A stretch of DNA of 64,000 bases from Octopus vulgaris. Its lineage: Eukaryota. The notes beneath the pieces were generated by a model that did not search any database, was not told where the DNA came from, and saw only the letters and a program-made list of their open reading frames with translations. The position numbers and the translations under genes are program-made. The number at the start of each line of letters is the position of its first letter. Within the stretch, counting starts at the first letter, position 1. Positions 1 to 11,898 of the stretch are shown here, piece by piece. The stretch lies in assembly GCA_951406725.2 (NCBI GenBank), contig OX597817.1, forward strand, positions 26,722,001-26,786,000. Direction: 5' to 3'.

Positions 1-383
1 ACATAACTGCACCTTCAATTTTTTGTTGTTTTTGTACTGCTTAAAGGCACGTTTTTTTCCTGCCAAGCTTACTGTTTAAACCATGTTTGTGTTCTCCCAG
101 TCAACAGCCTTATCATTACTGATACTTTAAACTCTTCGGTTGCATATTTGTGTGAATAAAATCGTTTTTCTTTGGAATAGAAAAAAAGTCTATCTTTATT
201 TCTTCTTTTGCTGGCGTCTCAAATTTAAGTCAAATCAGTGTTTCTCAAAGCAAAGGGGACGCCTATGGGATGGTCGGACAAGTTGTTTTGAGAAAATTTG
301 GCTTAAACGTTTGACAACTCAGCACCGTCCATTGGACGGGGGACGTTTTGCTCGTATATATATATATATATACACACACATAT

Positions 384-693
384 AGGAGTGGCTGGGTGGT
401 AATAGCTTGCTTCCCAACCACATGGTTCTGGGTTCAGTCCCACTGCATGGTACCTTGGGAAAGTATCTTCTACTATAGCTTCGGGCTAACAAAAGCCTTG
501 TGGGTGGATTTAGTAGACAGAAACTGAAAGGAGCCAGTTGTATGTATGTAGGTATGTATATTTATGTGCATGTGTGTCTGTGCTTGGTCTCTCCTCATTA
601 TCACTTGACAACTGATGCCGTTGTGTTTGCGACCCCCATAACTTAGCAGTTTGGCAAAAGAGACCGATAGAATAAGTACTAGGCTTACAAAGA
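384..693 (+). mobile_element. tRNA-derived SINE, family A (CORE-like, octopus OR-type), 3' truncated
   Basis: AGGAGTGGCTG..TGGTAA A-box-like, GGTTCAGTCCC B-box-like, CCTTGGG(C/A)AAGT core; same family as 14940-15360. Confidence 0.8.
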
Positions 694-873
694 AAATATA
701 TCTGCCTATTGTGTTGCTCGTGTTTGAATAACTTGAGAAATGTTACATTGTTCAGAAACAAGTATGTGTTGGCAACAGGAAGAGCTTCCAGCTGTACAAA
801 ATTTGCTACAATAAACTTCATCTGATACATGGTAGCATGGAAACATGATTGTTTTAATAAAAATTATGATGAT

Positions 874-909
<36 letters not shown>

Positions 910-928
910 AATATATATAAATATATAC

Positions 929-979
<51 letters not shown>

Positions 980-998
980 AATATATATAAATATATAC

Positions 999-1059
<61 letters not shown>

Positions 1060-1060
<1 letters not shown>

Positions 1061-1337
1061 CCTCGTCGGGCATCTGTGTCGGTGGCACATAAAATACACC
1101 AATCCGACATGGCCGTTCGCCTGCCTCGTCTGGCACCTGTGTCGGTGGCACATAAAAAGCACCCACTACACTCACGGAGTGGTTGGCGTTAGGGAAGGGC
1201 ATCCAGCTGTAGAAACACTGCCAGATCTGACTGGCCTGGTGCAGCCTTCGGGCTTCCCAGACCCCAGTTGAACCGTCCAACCCATGCTAGCATGGAAAGC
1301 GGACGTTAAACGATGATGATGATGATGATGATGATGA
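1060..1337 (+). mobile_element. 3' tail repeat of an RTE-type LINE or LINE-derived SINE with (GAT)n tail
   Basis: GCACCCACTACACTC..GGAAGGGCATCCAGCTGTAGAAAC..CCAACCCATGCTAGCATGGAAAGCGGACGTTAAAC(GAT)n; many copies in the window. Confidence 0.7.
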
Positions 1338-2027
1338 TACATGTGAGTAAATGACTGTATTGATAGCAATGTTTATGTCTAAGTCCATCATCTTGCTATC
1401 TTTTATTTCTGCATTTCCCTATACCCCACAACTTACAGAATCTGTAAATTCAAATCAATAAAATCAGTACCAATCTGGAATCAGCACTCAGTTGCATATG
1501 ATTTACTAAGAAATCTGAAGACAGTACACCAACATAACCATAGTGCAATGACAGAAATCAGATAGATAACACACACACACTCATATATGCATATATGTTA
1601 GAATGTATATATGTATATATATATATATGTGGTGGATTTTCTAAAATTTTGTAACAAAAATATGAACTGTTGAAATGATATCAATAAGGTTTAGAGGAAA
1701 ATATATGAGATTTTTTTTTGACTTCTGGGACTAAAATACTCACTATATTTTTGCTAACTTACAAACTTGTAGATACTTTTACCTCTCCTTTATAATATAT
1801 TTATATGTACACTCATACATGTGATGTGCGTATGCATGTGTGTGCATACACACAAAAACACACACACACACACATATATATATAAAGATATAGATATAGA
1901 TATACATGTACATATACATATAGATATATATATATATAAATATATATAAAATGTATATACATGTATATATATATATAAATATATATAACATATATACATA
2001 TACATATATATATATAAATATACAAAC

Positions 2028-2096
<69 letters not shown>

Positions 2097-2132
2097 CATA
2101 CACATATAAATATATATATATATATATATATA

Positions 2133-2183
<51 letters not shown>

Positions 2184-2764
2184 GATATATAAACATACAT
2201 ATATATATGCACACACATATACACATGCATACACAAATGCATTTACACATGCACACACACACATACACACGTGCATACACACACACACACACATGTAGTA
2301 TGTATATGTATTTTATTTTGGCAAGTGAATTTTGAAACTGATATTTACATGTGATAGCATGTCTGAGAGGAAAAAAAATATATATACAATAAAACCTCTG
2401 TCCAATTTCAGAGAGATATTTCTGTATTTTGTGATAGTGATCATTGTTCATACATCATTACATAAACCTTGTTATTTTTGATATTCTCCAAACTCTTTAG
2501 GGGAATCTGAAGTGCATTATTTCAGGTTGAATCTCTTTCTCTCCACTCTGTTTCACCTTCTATCTTGTAAAAAACACACACTCACACACACACTCTCTCT
2601 GTCTCTCTCTCTCTCTTTCTCCCTCCCCCCCCTCTCTCTCTCTTTCTCCCTCTCTCTCTCTCTCTCTCTCTCCCTCTATCTTTCTCTCCATTAACTAAAC
2701 AGGGAAAGTTGGTCAAAACACTGCTGAAGCAGAAATAAATATGAATCTATACATATGTAGTAAT

Positions 2765-2831
2765 GTACCGCTACGTATGTAAAAATGTATATGTATATAT
2801 ATATATGCGTGTGTGTGTGTGTATACGCACG

Positions 2832-2868
<37 letters not shown>

Positions 2869-2947
2869 GTAAAAAAGGTTTCCTTCCCTCTCACAATATA
2901 TATATGTATGTGTGTGTGTGTGTATACCCACGCACACGGACACACAA

Positions 2948-2982
<35 letters not shown>

Positions 2983-3185
2983 TATATATGTAAAAAAGGT
3001 TTCCCTCCCTCTCACAATATATATATATATATGTATATATGTATGTGTGTGTGTGTGTACACACAAACATATATATATATATATAGATATATAATATGTA
3101 AAAAAGGTATCTCTCCCTCTCAAAATATATATATGAGTGTGTGTGTAATTGTGTTCGGGAGTGTGTGTTTGTATATATGTAAAAA
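2765..3185 (+). repeat. Three to four ~120-bp tandem units of mixed unique/microsatellite sequence
   Basis: GTAAAAAAGGT(T/A)TC..TCCCTCTCA(C/A)AATATATAT recurs at ~2869, ~2990 and ~3098. Confidence 0.7.
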
Positions 3186-3854
3186 GTGTGTATGTTTCTA
3201 TGTACATATGTGTGAGTGTGTATATCATCATTTTATGTCCATTTTTCATGCTGGCATGAATGGAATGGTTTGGCAGGATTAGAAAAAAAAAAGATGTAAA
3301 ATGAGAATATACACACTCATATACACATTTTACATATGTATCTTTAAAATAGCTATTTAGACTAGTTTATTGCTTACATTATTTGGTTTTCCACCATGGG
3401 AAAAAATGACAAATCTATGACATCCTGAATGCTACTTGGTGGACACCAACAACAGGTGTATAATACATATTAATATCCTAAATGTATAATCTTTGAAATT
3501 ATCTGATATTGCCACGAGCCGAATGTGTTATGTATGGATATTGAAACAACAGCTAACATAAAACTTCTGCTAATAGCTGGTGAGGATATGACGAAGAAAT
3601 GAGAGAAACAAGGAGAAAGAGAGAAAGAGAACGAGAGAGAGAGAGAGGGGGAGGAAGACAGAGAGATTGTATATCTAATATGTATATGTGTATGTGTGTG
3701 TCTATGCACACACACACTCACACACACACACAAACACACATATACATATATATATATATGAATAAATAAATGGAGTTTATACACTCATCTATTTATATAT
3801 ATGTATATATATATATATATAAATACATATATATATCAGTTGTATATATGTATA

Positions 3855-3896
<42 letters not shown>

Positions 3897-3935
3897 AAAA
3901 AAGGTTTGAAAATGCAATTTAAACGATGTTTATTT

Positions 3936-3976
3936 ACTTAACCGGTTTCACTCTTTGGTAAAAGATTGTCAAAAGT
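3936..3976 (-). ncRNA. Mirror copy of the minimal hammerhead ribozyme
   Basis: Reverse complement of 10247-10287. Confidence 0.7.
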
Positions 3977-5359
3977 TACATTTAAGGAAACATTGAATAA
4001 TATGGGTTCAAAAAAGTTTTTTACATAATTGTCACATTGAATATTATGCATTCAAAAAAGTTTTTTACATAATTGTCACATTGGATATTATGGGTTCAAA
4101 AAAGTTTTTTACATAATTGTCACATTGAATATTATGCATTCAAAAAAGTTTTTTACATAATTGTCACATTGGATATTATGAATTCAAAAATGTTTTTTTA
4201 TACATAATTGTCACATTATTTGGGAAAATTTGGCAGAAAAGGATAAAACAAATATATTATTGGGAATTGGTTGCGTTAATTATTGGTTGTCGCAAATTGT
4301 CACATTACATGTATATATATACAATCTTTGGTATATATATACAGCGTTTTGACAGCAAAAATTAAAATAGATTTTTTGTCCATCTCAGAATATTTTAAGT
4401 ATGTTTTTACTGACCTGTTAGTATTAGCAGAAAGGCTGAACTGAGAGAACAGAAGTAGCCAATGTGGTGTATACTTCCCCTTTATGCATGAATGATTTTG
4501 GGGTTATCAGGAGGTTAGTATGCGGGTGTGAATAGATGTGTCCGTGCCTGCTGGTCAGACAGCGTCTGTTTGTCACACACATATATATACACACAAACAC
4601 ACACACACACAACAACACACACACACACACACATAGTATACAAACACAAACCACATACAGACAACACACACACACACAGAACACACACACCCACACACAA
4701 CGCACCCACATATATCACATATATACACAGCACACAAATATAACATGTATCTATATATAATATACACAGATATATAACACACATACACACACACACACAC
4801 AACACACGCACACATACATACATAATATAAATATCACACAAATACACCTAGCATATATATATACACACATACAATACACACATACAGCATGTAAGTAATA
4901 TACATACACAATATATGCATGCAATATACATACGCAATACATACATACAATATATATATATATAGACAATGCATATACATATATACACACATACATATAA
5001 ATAGTGTTTACATACACATACATAGATGTACCACATATACACACAACACACATACATACAATGCATACACATACACGTACGCATACATATAATATATATA
5101 TACACACACACACACATAACATACATACACACACAATGCATACATATATATACACGCAATGCATATACATGTATTCATGCACATATAGCACACCTACAAT
5201 ATACATATATACAGTGCACACATACACACAAATATATACACTTAATTGTACACGTACATATACAATACACATACATACAATATACATATATACAATGCGC
5301 ATGCAAATAATGTACATGTTTATACACACATAAACATGCAAATAAACACACACACACAT

Positions 5360-5412
<53 letters not shown>

Positions 5413-5614
5413 TACATACATACATGCACATACATATATTTTTTCACACACATACACACACACATATATATATAAAAAATTCACCACCCCCACACACACA
5501 AATTACAAACCTATAGCGTACACACTCAAATATATCTCTACATGCCGCACATACACACAAACAAAGTACTAACATATACACACATACCATGCATATACAC
5601 ACACAACACACACA

Positions 5615-5652
<38 letters not shown>

Positions 5653-5686
5653 ATACATATGTAAATACATACACACGTATACAATG

Positions 5687-5730
<44 letters not shown>

Positions 5731-6014
5731 GCACACACACACACACATATATACACACGTGCACACACACAAACACATACAACGCGCGCACACACACATA
5801 TACACACACACGCACACAGTGCACACACACACACACACACATATATCACCTACATATATATAATGCATGCGTGTGCATGCCACGTATGTGTGCGGTCAAT
5901 GCCCGCTAGTGTGTCCTATGCGTGCCGATGCGCGCATGTGCCCGCACCGCACGATATGCTGTGAGCGTGCGCGCGTCCCTGTGTGCTTGCTCTGGATGTG
6001 CTTCCAGGGGTATG

Positions 6015-7205
6015 TTAGAGTATGTTTAGTTGTGGTCTGTATTTTTGAATAAGATTACTTTCCTTATTTATTCGTGTTTGGTCTGTGGTGTTGTCCGAGC
6101 ATTGGTATAGTGGGAAGACTAAGAATTTGGGGGACTTATTGTGTGCACAAAGGTCTAAGTGTCCACTTAGTGGTATCTGTCTTGTGGAGGGGTCCCTCAG
6201 TTGTTGTCGGTGAACTGTCATTCTGTCTCTGAGGGTAAGGCTCGTTTGCCCTATGTAGTCTTCGTGGCATCCTTCACACCTTATGACGTAGAGTAAATTT
6301 TTTGATGCGCACGTGAAGTTATTTTTTATGATGAATGTGTGTCCCGAGTGGAACTTGTACGACGATCCCTCAATGAGGTGGATGCAGGTCTTACAGTTGG
6401 GGCGACCACATTTTTTGATGGTGGGCGGTGGGTTTGTGTTGTGTAATTTTGCGTTGGTGAGTAGGTTTTTAGGGATTTAGGTTGTCTCTTACTTTTTATT
6501 ATTTTATGAGCTGCCAGTATTTTTTTCAGGCGTGGGTCTTGATTTAGTTGTGGAATGTTGTTGTATATAATAGTGTAAGCTTCTGCATTCCTTGGGTTGT
6601 GTGTTGAGAGATAAGGAGGCTATTGACTGTACTGTGGATGTGTTTGGGTTTTCGAAGGTCTTGAATGTTGATTGATTTGGCCCGTTCTATTCCGTTGTCT
6701 ACTAGTGATGCCGGGTAATGTCTTTCGAGAAGAATTGCCCTTAGTTCCCGGAGTCTTCTATTTCGTGTTGTGTCATTTGAGACAATAGTGCAGATTCTTC
6801 TCGCTAGGTTGAAGGGGATATTTGTCTTTGTGTGTTTTGGGTGATTGGAGGTGAATAGAAGGTATTGTTTAGAGTCAGTGGGTTTGTAATGGATGTCAGT
6901 TTCAATGTTGACGCCTTTTTAATGATTAGGATGTCAAGAAAAGGGAGTTGGTCCTGACTATATTCCATTGTGAATTGAATGTTGTTATTTACACTGTTGA
7001 TAAGGTTTTTGAAGTCTATAAGTTGGTCGAGTGTGTGGGACCATAGGATGAGGCAATCATCTAAGTAGCGTTTCCAGTTCTCCAACAGGTATTTGTGGAA
7101 AGACTGGCCGTACTTATATTTGGATTTTTCATAGATATGTGATTCCAGGTAGGCCATCACCAGGTTTGCATAGGTAGGTGCAACTTTCGTACCCATTGCA
7201 GTCCC
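6015..7205 (-). pseudogene. Mirror copy of the Penelope-like RT/GIY-YIG ORF
   Basis: Near-identical reverse complement of 7222-8414 (ORF track 6804..7196 and 6015..6221). It shares the A5 frameshift (6466-6470) and has extra 1-nt homopolymer indels at 6916-6920 and 6615-6616. Confidence 0.92.
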
Positions 7206-7221
7206 TGAGACAGGGACTGCA

Positions 7222-8414
7222 GGGACTGCAATGGGTACGAAAGTTGCACCTACCTATGCAAACCTGGTGATGGCCTACCTGGAATCACATATCTATGAAA
7301 AATCCAAATATAAGTACGGCCAGTCTTTCCACAAATACCTGTTGGAGAACTGGAAACGCTACTTAGATGATTGCCTCATCCTATGGTCCCACACACTCGA
7401 CCAACTTATAGACTTCAAAAACCTTATCAACAGTGTAAATAACAACATTCAATTCACAATGGAATATAGTCAGGACCAACTCCCTTTTCTTGACATCCTA
7501 ATCATTAAAAAAGGCGTCAACATTGAAACTGACATCCATTACAAACCCACTGACTCTAAACAATACCTTCTATTCACCTCCAATCACCCAAAACACACAA
7601 AGACAAATATCCCCTTCAACCTAGCGAGAAGAATCTGCACTATTGTCTCAAATGACACAACACGAAATAGAAGACTCCGGGAACTAAGGGCAATTCTTCT
7701 CGAAAGACATTACCCGGCATCACTAGTAGACAACGGAATAGAACGGGCCAAATCAATCAACATTCAAGACCTTCGAAAACCCAAACACATCCACAGTACA
7801 GTCAATAGCCTCCCTTATCTCTCAACACACAACCCAAGGAATGCAGAAGCTTACACTATTATATACAACAACATTCCACAACTAAATCAAGACCCACGCC
7901 TGAAAAAAATACTGGCAGCTCATAAAATAATAAAAAGTAAGAGACAACCTAAATCCCTAAAAACCTACTCACCAACGCAAAATTACACAACACAAACCCA
8001 CCGCCCACCATCAAAAAATGTGGTCGCCCCAACTGTAAGACCTGCATCCACCTCATTGAGGGATCGTCGTACAAGTTCCACTCGGGACACACATTCATCA
8101 TAAAAAATAACTTCACGTGCGCATCAAAAAATTTACTCTACGTCATAAGGTGTGAAGGATGCCACGAAGACTACATAGGGCAAACGAGCCTTACCCTCAG
8201 AGACAGAATGACAGTTCACCGACAACAACTGAGGGACCCCTCCACAAGACAGATACCACTAAGTGGACACTTAGACCTTTGTGCACACAATAAGTCCCCC
8301 AAATTCTTAGTCTTCCCACTATACCAATGCTCGGACAACACCACAGACCAAACACGAATAAATAAGGAAAGTAATCTTATTCAAAAATACAGACCACAAC
8401 TAAACATACTCTAA
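7222..8414 (+). pseudogene. 5'-truncated Penelope-like (Neptune-type) RT + Cys-rich linker + GIY-YIG endonuclease; one -1 frameshift at A5 run 7959-7963
   Basis: RT motifs GTAMGTKVAPTYANL, WKRYLDDCL, FTME...LPFLDILI, YKPTD, HPKH. After the shift: KCGRPNCKTC (from 8019), FTCASKNLLYVIRCEGCHEDYIGQT (GIY-YIG, 8133-8180), RMTVHR, ESNLIQKYRPQLN, then stop at 8414. Confidence 0.93.
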
Positions 8415-8564
8415 CATACCCCCTGGAAGCACATCCAGAGCAAGCACACAGGGACGCGCGCACGCTCACAGCATATCGTGCGGGCGGGCACATGCGCGCA
8501 TCGGCACGCATAGGACACACTAGCGGGCATTGACCGCACACATACGTGGCATGCACACGCATGC

Positions 8565-8777
8565 ATTATATATATGTAGGTGATATATGTGTGTGTGTGT
8601 GTGTGCACTGTGTGCGTGTGTGTGTATATGTGTGTGTGCGCGCGTTGTATGTGTTTGTGTGTGTGCACGTGTGTATATATGTGTGTGTGTGTGTGCACTG
8701 TGTGCGGGTGTGTGTGTATGTGTGTGTGTGTGTGTGTGTGAGCATTGTATACGTGTGTATGTATTTACATATGTATC

Positions 8778-8813
<36 letters not shown>

Positions 8814-9648
8814 TGTGTGTGTTGTGTGTGTATATGCATGGTATGTGTGTATATGTTAGTACTTTGTTTGTGTGTATGTGCGGCATGTAGAGATATATTT
8901 GAGTGTGTACGCTATAGGTTTGTAATTTGTGTGTGTGGGGGGTGGTGAATTTTTTATATATATATGTGTGTGTGTATGTGTGCACTGTATATATGTATAT
9001 TGTAGGTGTGCTATATGTGCATGAATACATGTATATGCATTGCGTGTATATATATGTATGCATTGTGTGTGTATGTATGTTATGTGTGTGTGTGTGTATA
9101 TATATATTATATGTATGCGTACGTGTATGTGTATGCATTGTATGTATGTGTGTTGTGTGTATATGTGGTACATCTATGTATGTGTATGTAAACACTATTT
9201 ATATGTATGTGTGTATATATGTATATGCATTGTCTATATATATATATATTGTATGTATGTATTGCGTATGTATATTGCATGCATATATTGTGTATGTATA
9301 TTACTTACATGCTGTATGTGTGTATTGTATGTGTATGTAAACACTATTTATATGTATATGTGTGATATATGTATTTATTTGTGTGATATTTATATTATGT
9401 ATGTATGTGTGCGTGTGTTGTGTGTGTGTGTGTGTATGTGTGTTATATATCTGTGTATATTATATATAGATACATGTTATATTTGTGTGCTGTGTATATA
9501 TGTGATATATGTGGGTGCGTTGTGTGTGGGTGTGTGTGTTCTGTGTGTGTGTGTGTTGTCTGTATGTGGTTTGTGTTTGTATACTATGTGTGTGTGTGTG
9601 TGTGTTGTTGTGTGTGTGTGTGTGTTTGTGTGTATATATATGTGTGTG
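8565..9648 (+). repeat. Degenerate (TG/TA)n microsatellite block inside the Penelope-like 3' UTR (mirror 4574-5862)
   Basis: Low-complexity TG/TA sequence present in both palindrome arms with matching interruptions. Confidence 0.85.
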
Positions 9649-10004
9649 ACAAACAGACGCTGTCTGACCAGCAGGCACGGACACATCTATTCACACCCGC
9701 ATACTAACCTCCTGATAACCCCAAAATCATTCATGCATAAAGGGGAAGTATACACCACATTGGCTACTTCTGTTCTCTCAGTTCAGCCTTTCTGCTAATA
9801 CTAACAGGTCAGTAAAAACATACTTAAAATATTCTGAGATGGACAAAAAATCTATTTTAATTTTTGCTGTCAAAACGCTGTATATATATACCAAAGATTG
9901 TATATATATACATGTAATGTGACAATTTGCGACAACCAATAATTAACGCAACCAATTCCCAATAATATATTTGTTTTATCCTTTTCTGCCAAATTTTCCC
10001 AAAT

Positions 10005-10233
10005 AATGTGACAATTATGTATAAAAAAACATTTTTGAATTCATAATATCCAATGTGACAATTATGTAAAAAACTTTTTTGAATGCATAATATTCAATGT
10101 GACAATTATGTAAAAAACTTTTTTTGAACCCATAATATCCAATGTGACAATTATGTAAAAAACTTTTTTGAATGCATAATATTCAATGTGACAATTATGT
10201 AAAAAACTTTTTTGAACCCATATTATTCAATGT
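10005..10233 (+). repeat. ~44-bp minisatellite, ~5 copies, in the element 3' region (mirror at ~3990-4218)
   Basis: Unit AATGTGACAATTATGTAAAAAACTTTTTTGAA(TGC/CCC)ATAATAT(T/C)C starting at ~10005, 10052, 10096, 10141 and 10185. Confidence 0.9.
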
Positions 10234-10246
10234 TTCCTTAAATGTA

Positions 10247-10287
10247 ACTTTTGACAATCTTTTACCAAAGAGTGAAACCGGTTAAGT
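10247..10287 (+). ncRNA. Minimal type I hammerhead ribozyme, U3-A8 core variant, in the Penelope-like terminal repeat
   Basis: ACUU(stem I)-UUGACAA-UCUUU UACC AAAGA(stem II)-GU-GAAAC-CG-GUU^-AAGU(stem I), with palindromic ACCGGU stem III. Folded by eye. Confidence 0.7.
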
Positions 10288-10364
10288 AAATAAACATCGT
10301 TTAAATTGCATTTTCAAACCTTTTTTCTTATATAATCCCACTCGTGCGATACCCCACAACTCAA

Positions 10365-10459
<95 letters not shown>

Positions 10460-10578
10460 ATATATATATATATATGTATGCATGTATATTTAGATATATA
10501 TGTATATGTATATGTACAAACACACACATGAACATATGTATATATATTTCTGTATCTATATAAATATATATAAATATG

Positions 10579-10644
<66 letters not shown>

Positions 10645-11105
10645 CATACTTACCATACAGTAAATGTGTCCCAGAAAGGTAATGTCATAGATGATTATAT
10701 ATATATATATATATATATTAGTCCATGAACATGCTGTTTATAAGCAATGTGGTAAGTGCTTCGTTGCCATGCATTAAAGTTCATGTGTGTGTTTGTACAC
10801 AGTGTTTTTTTTTAACATGTTGTTTTTGTATCTATTACTATTTGTAGTTCATATTCTTGAACAAAGAACAAATAACATGTAAGGAAAGTATTCTTCTTAA
10901 ATTTCTCTTGGGAATCTTTTCCAAATGTAAGACATTAGAATAACTGCTTTTCACCTTCATTTAAATGCTTGTTGCGCGTTTATCTAATACCTTTTTTCTT
11001 TTTTTTCACATTCTTAAGACATTTCATTGCTCTTCACTTAATCTCATCCATAATCATCTATGACATTACCTTTCTGGGACACATTTACTGTATGATAAGT
11101 ATGAG

Positions 11106-11140
<35 letters not shown>

Positions 11141-11403
11141 GTATACATATTTATATATATTTGTATAAATACACAAATATATGAACAAATGTTCATGTGT
11201 GTGTTTGTACATTTACATGTGCATACATATCTAAATATACATACATATATACATATATACATACACACACACACACACACACATATATATGCATATATGT
11301 ATATATATATATATATATATTTGTGTGTTCGTGTGTGCATGTGTGCATATATGTGTGCATGTATACATGCATACATACATATATATATATGTATGTATGT
11401 ATG

Positions 11404-11438
<35 letters not shown>

Positions 11439-11579
11439 GGGGGGAGGTTATGAGAGGTAATGGTGTCATTAAGACCCAAAGTTGTCAGATAATGCTGAGT
11501 AAGTGCTATGGATAGACCATAGTTAAGCTCCAGGTTTGGTGATTATGCAAATAAGGAGTCCAACGTAGGTTATATATCA

Positions 11580-11882
11580 GCATGTGTATATATAAGAAAT
11601 TTTTTTTAGAATGAGATAAAAAACGAAGGCTGTGAAGATTTTAGAACATCTATAAATAGAAGGTCTTACAGCTGTTTCCAGGATAGTTATTATATCCCTT
11701 CATCGGAAATGATATGAGAAAAGGGTTAAGCGATAATTAATTTAGATCAGATACGAAATAGAGAGAGAAGTGGGGGAATGAGAACAGATGTGAGATATGC
11801 AGGGATATTGCATTTGTAGATCAATTATTTAGCCAGAATGGTATACATATAAGATTCCAATACCTTGTGAGTAAAATCCAAG
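11580..11882 (-). mobile_element. Solo Penelope-like terminal fragment with degenerate hammerhead (11663-11710)
   Basis: Minus strand: CCGAUGA-AGGGAUA..UAUCCUG-GAAAC-AGCU-GUA; flanked by TA runs. Confidence 0.5.
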
Positions 11883-11898
11883 ATATATATATATATAA

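Larger units (their letters stand above)
3889..10370. mobile_element. Head-to-head palindromic insertion of a 5'-truncated Penelope-like retroelement (left arm 3889-7207 on minus, right arm 7220-10334 on plus, extra 36-nt tail 10335-10370), between (TA)n tracts
   Basis: Arms are reverse complements over ~3.1-3.3 kb, including ORF, microsatellite 3' UTR, 44-bp minisatellite and terminal hammerhead. Centre reads TGCAGTCCCTG-AGA-CAGGGACTG-CAGGGACTGCAATG. (TA)n lies at ~3841-3894 and 10371-10450. Confidence 0.93.

Noticed and set aside
1-356. Possible DNA transposon end (..GGGGACGTTTTGCTCG|TA)
   Set aside because: The partner TIR lies outside the window and no coding evidence is present.
706-5909. 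Numerous [12 protein letters not shown]-rich ORFs, here and throughout the window
   Set aside because: Translations of (TA)n, (CA)n and (TATG)n microsatellites; no protein-like composition.
10005-10233. Regularly spaced ~44-bp repeats resembling a CRISPR array
   Set aside because: Units are contiguous with no unique spacers, there are no cas genes, and the context is eukaryotic; it is a minisatellite.
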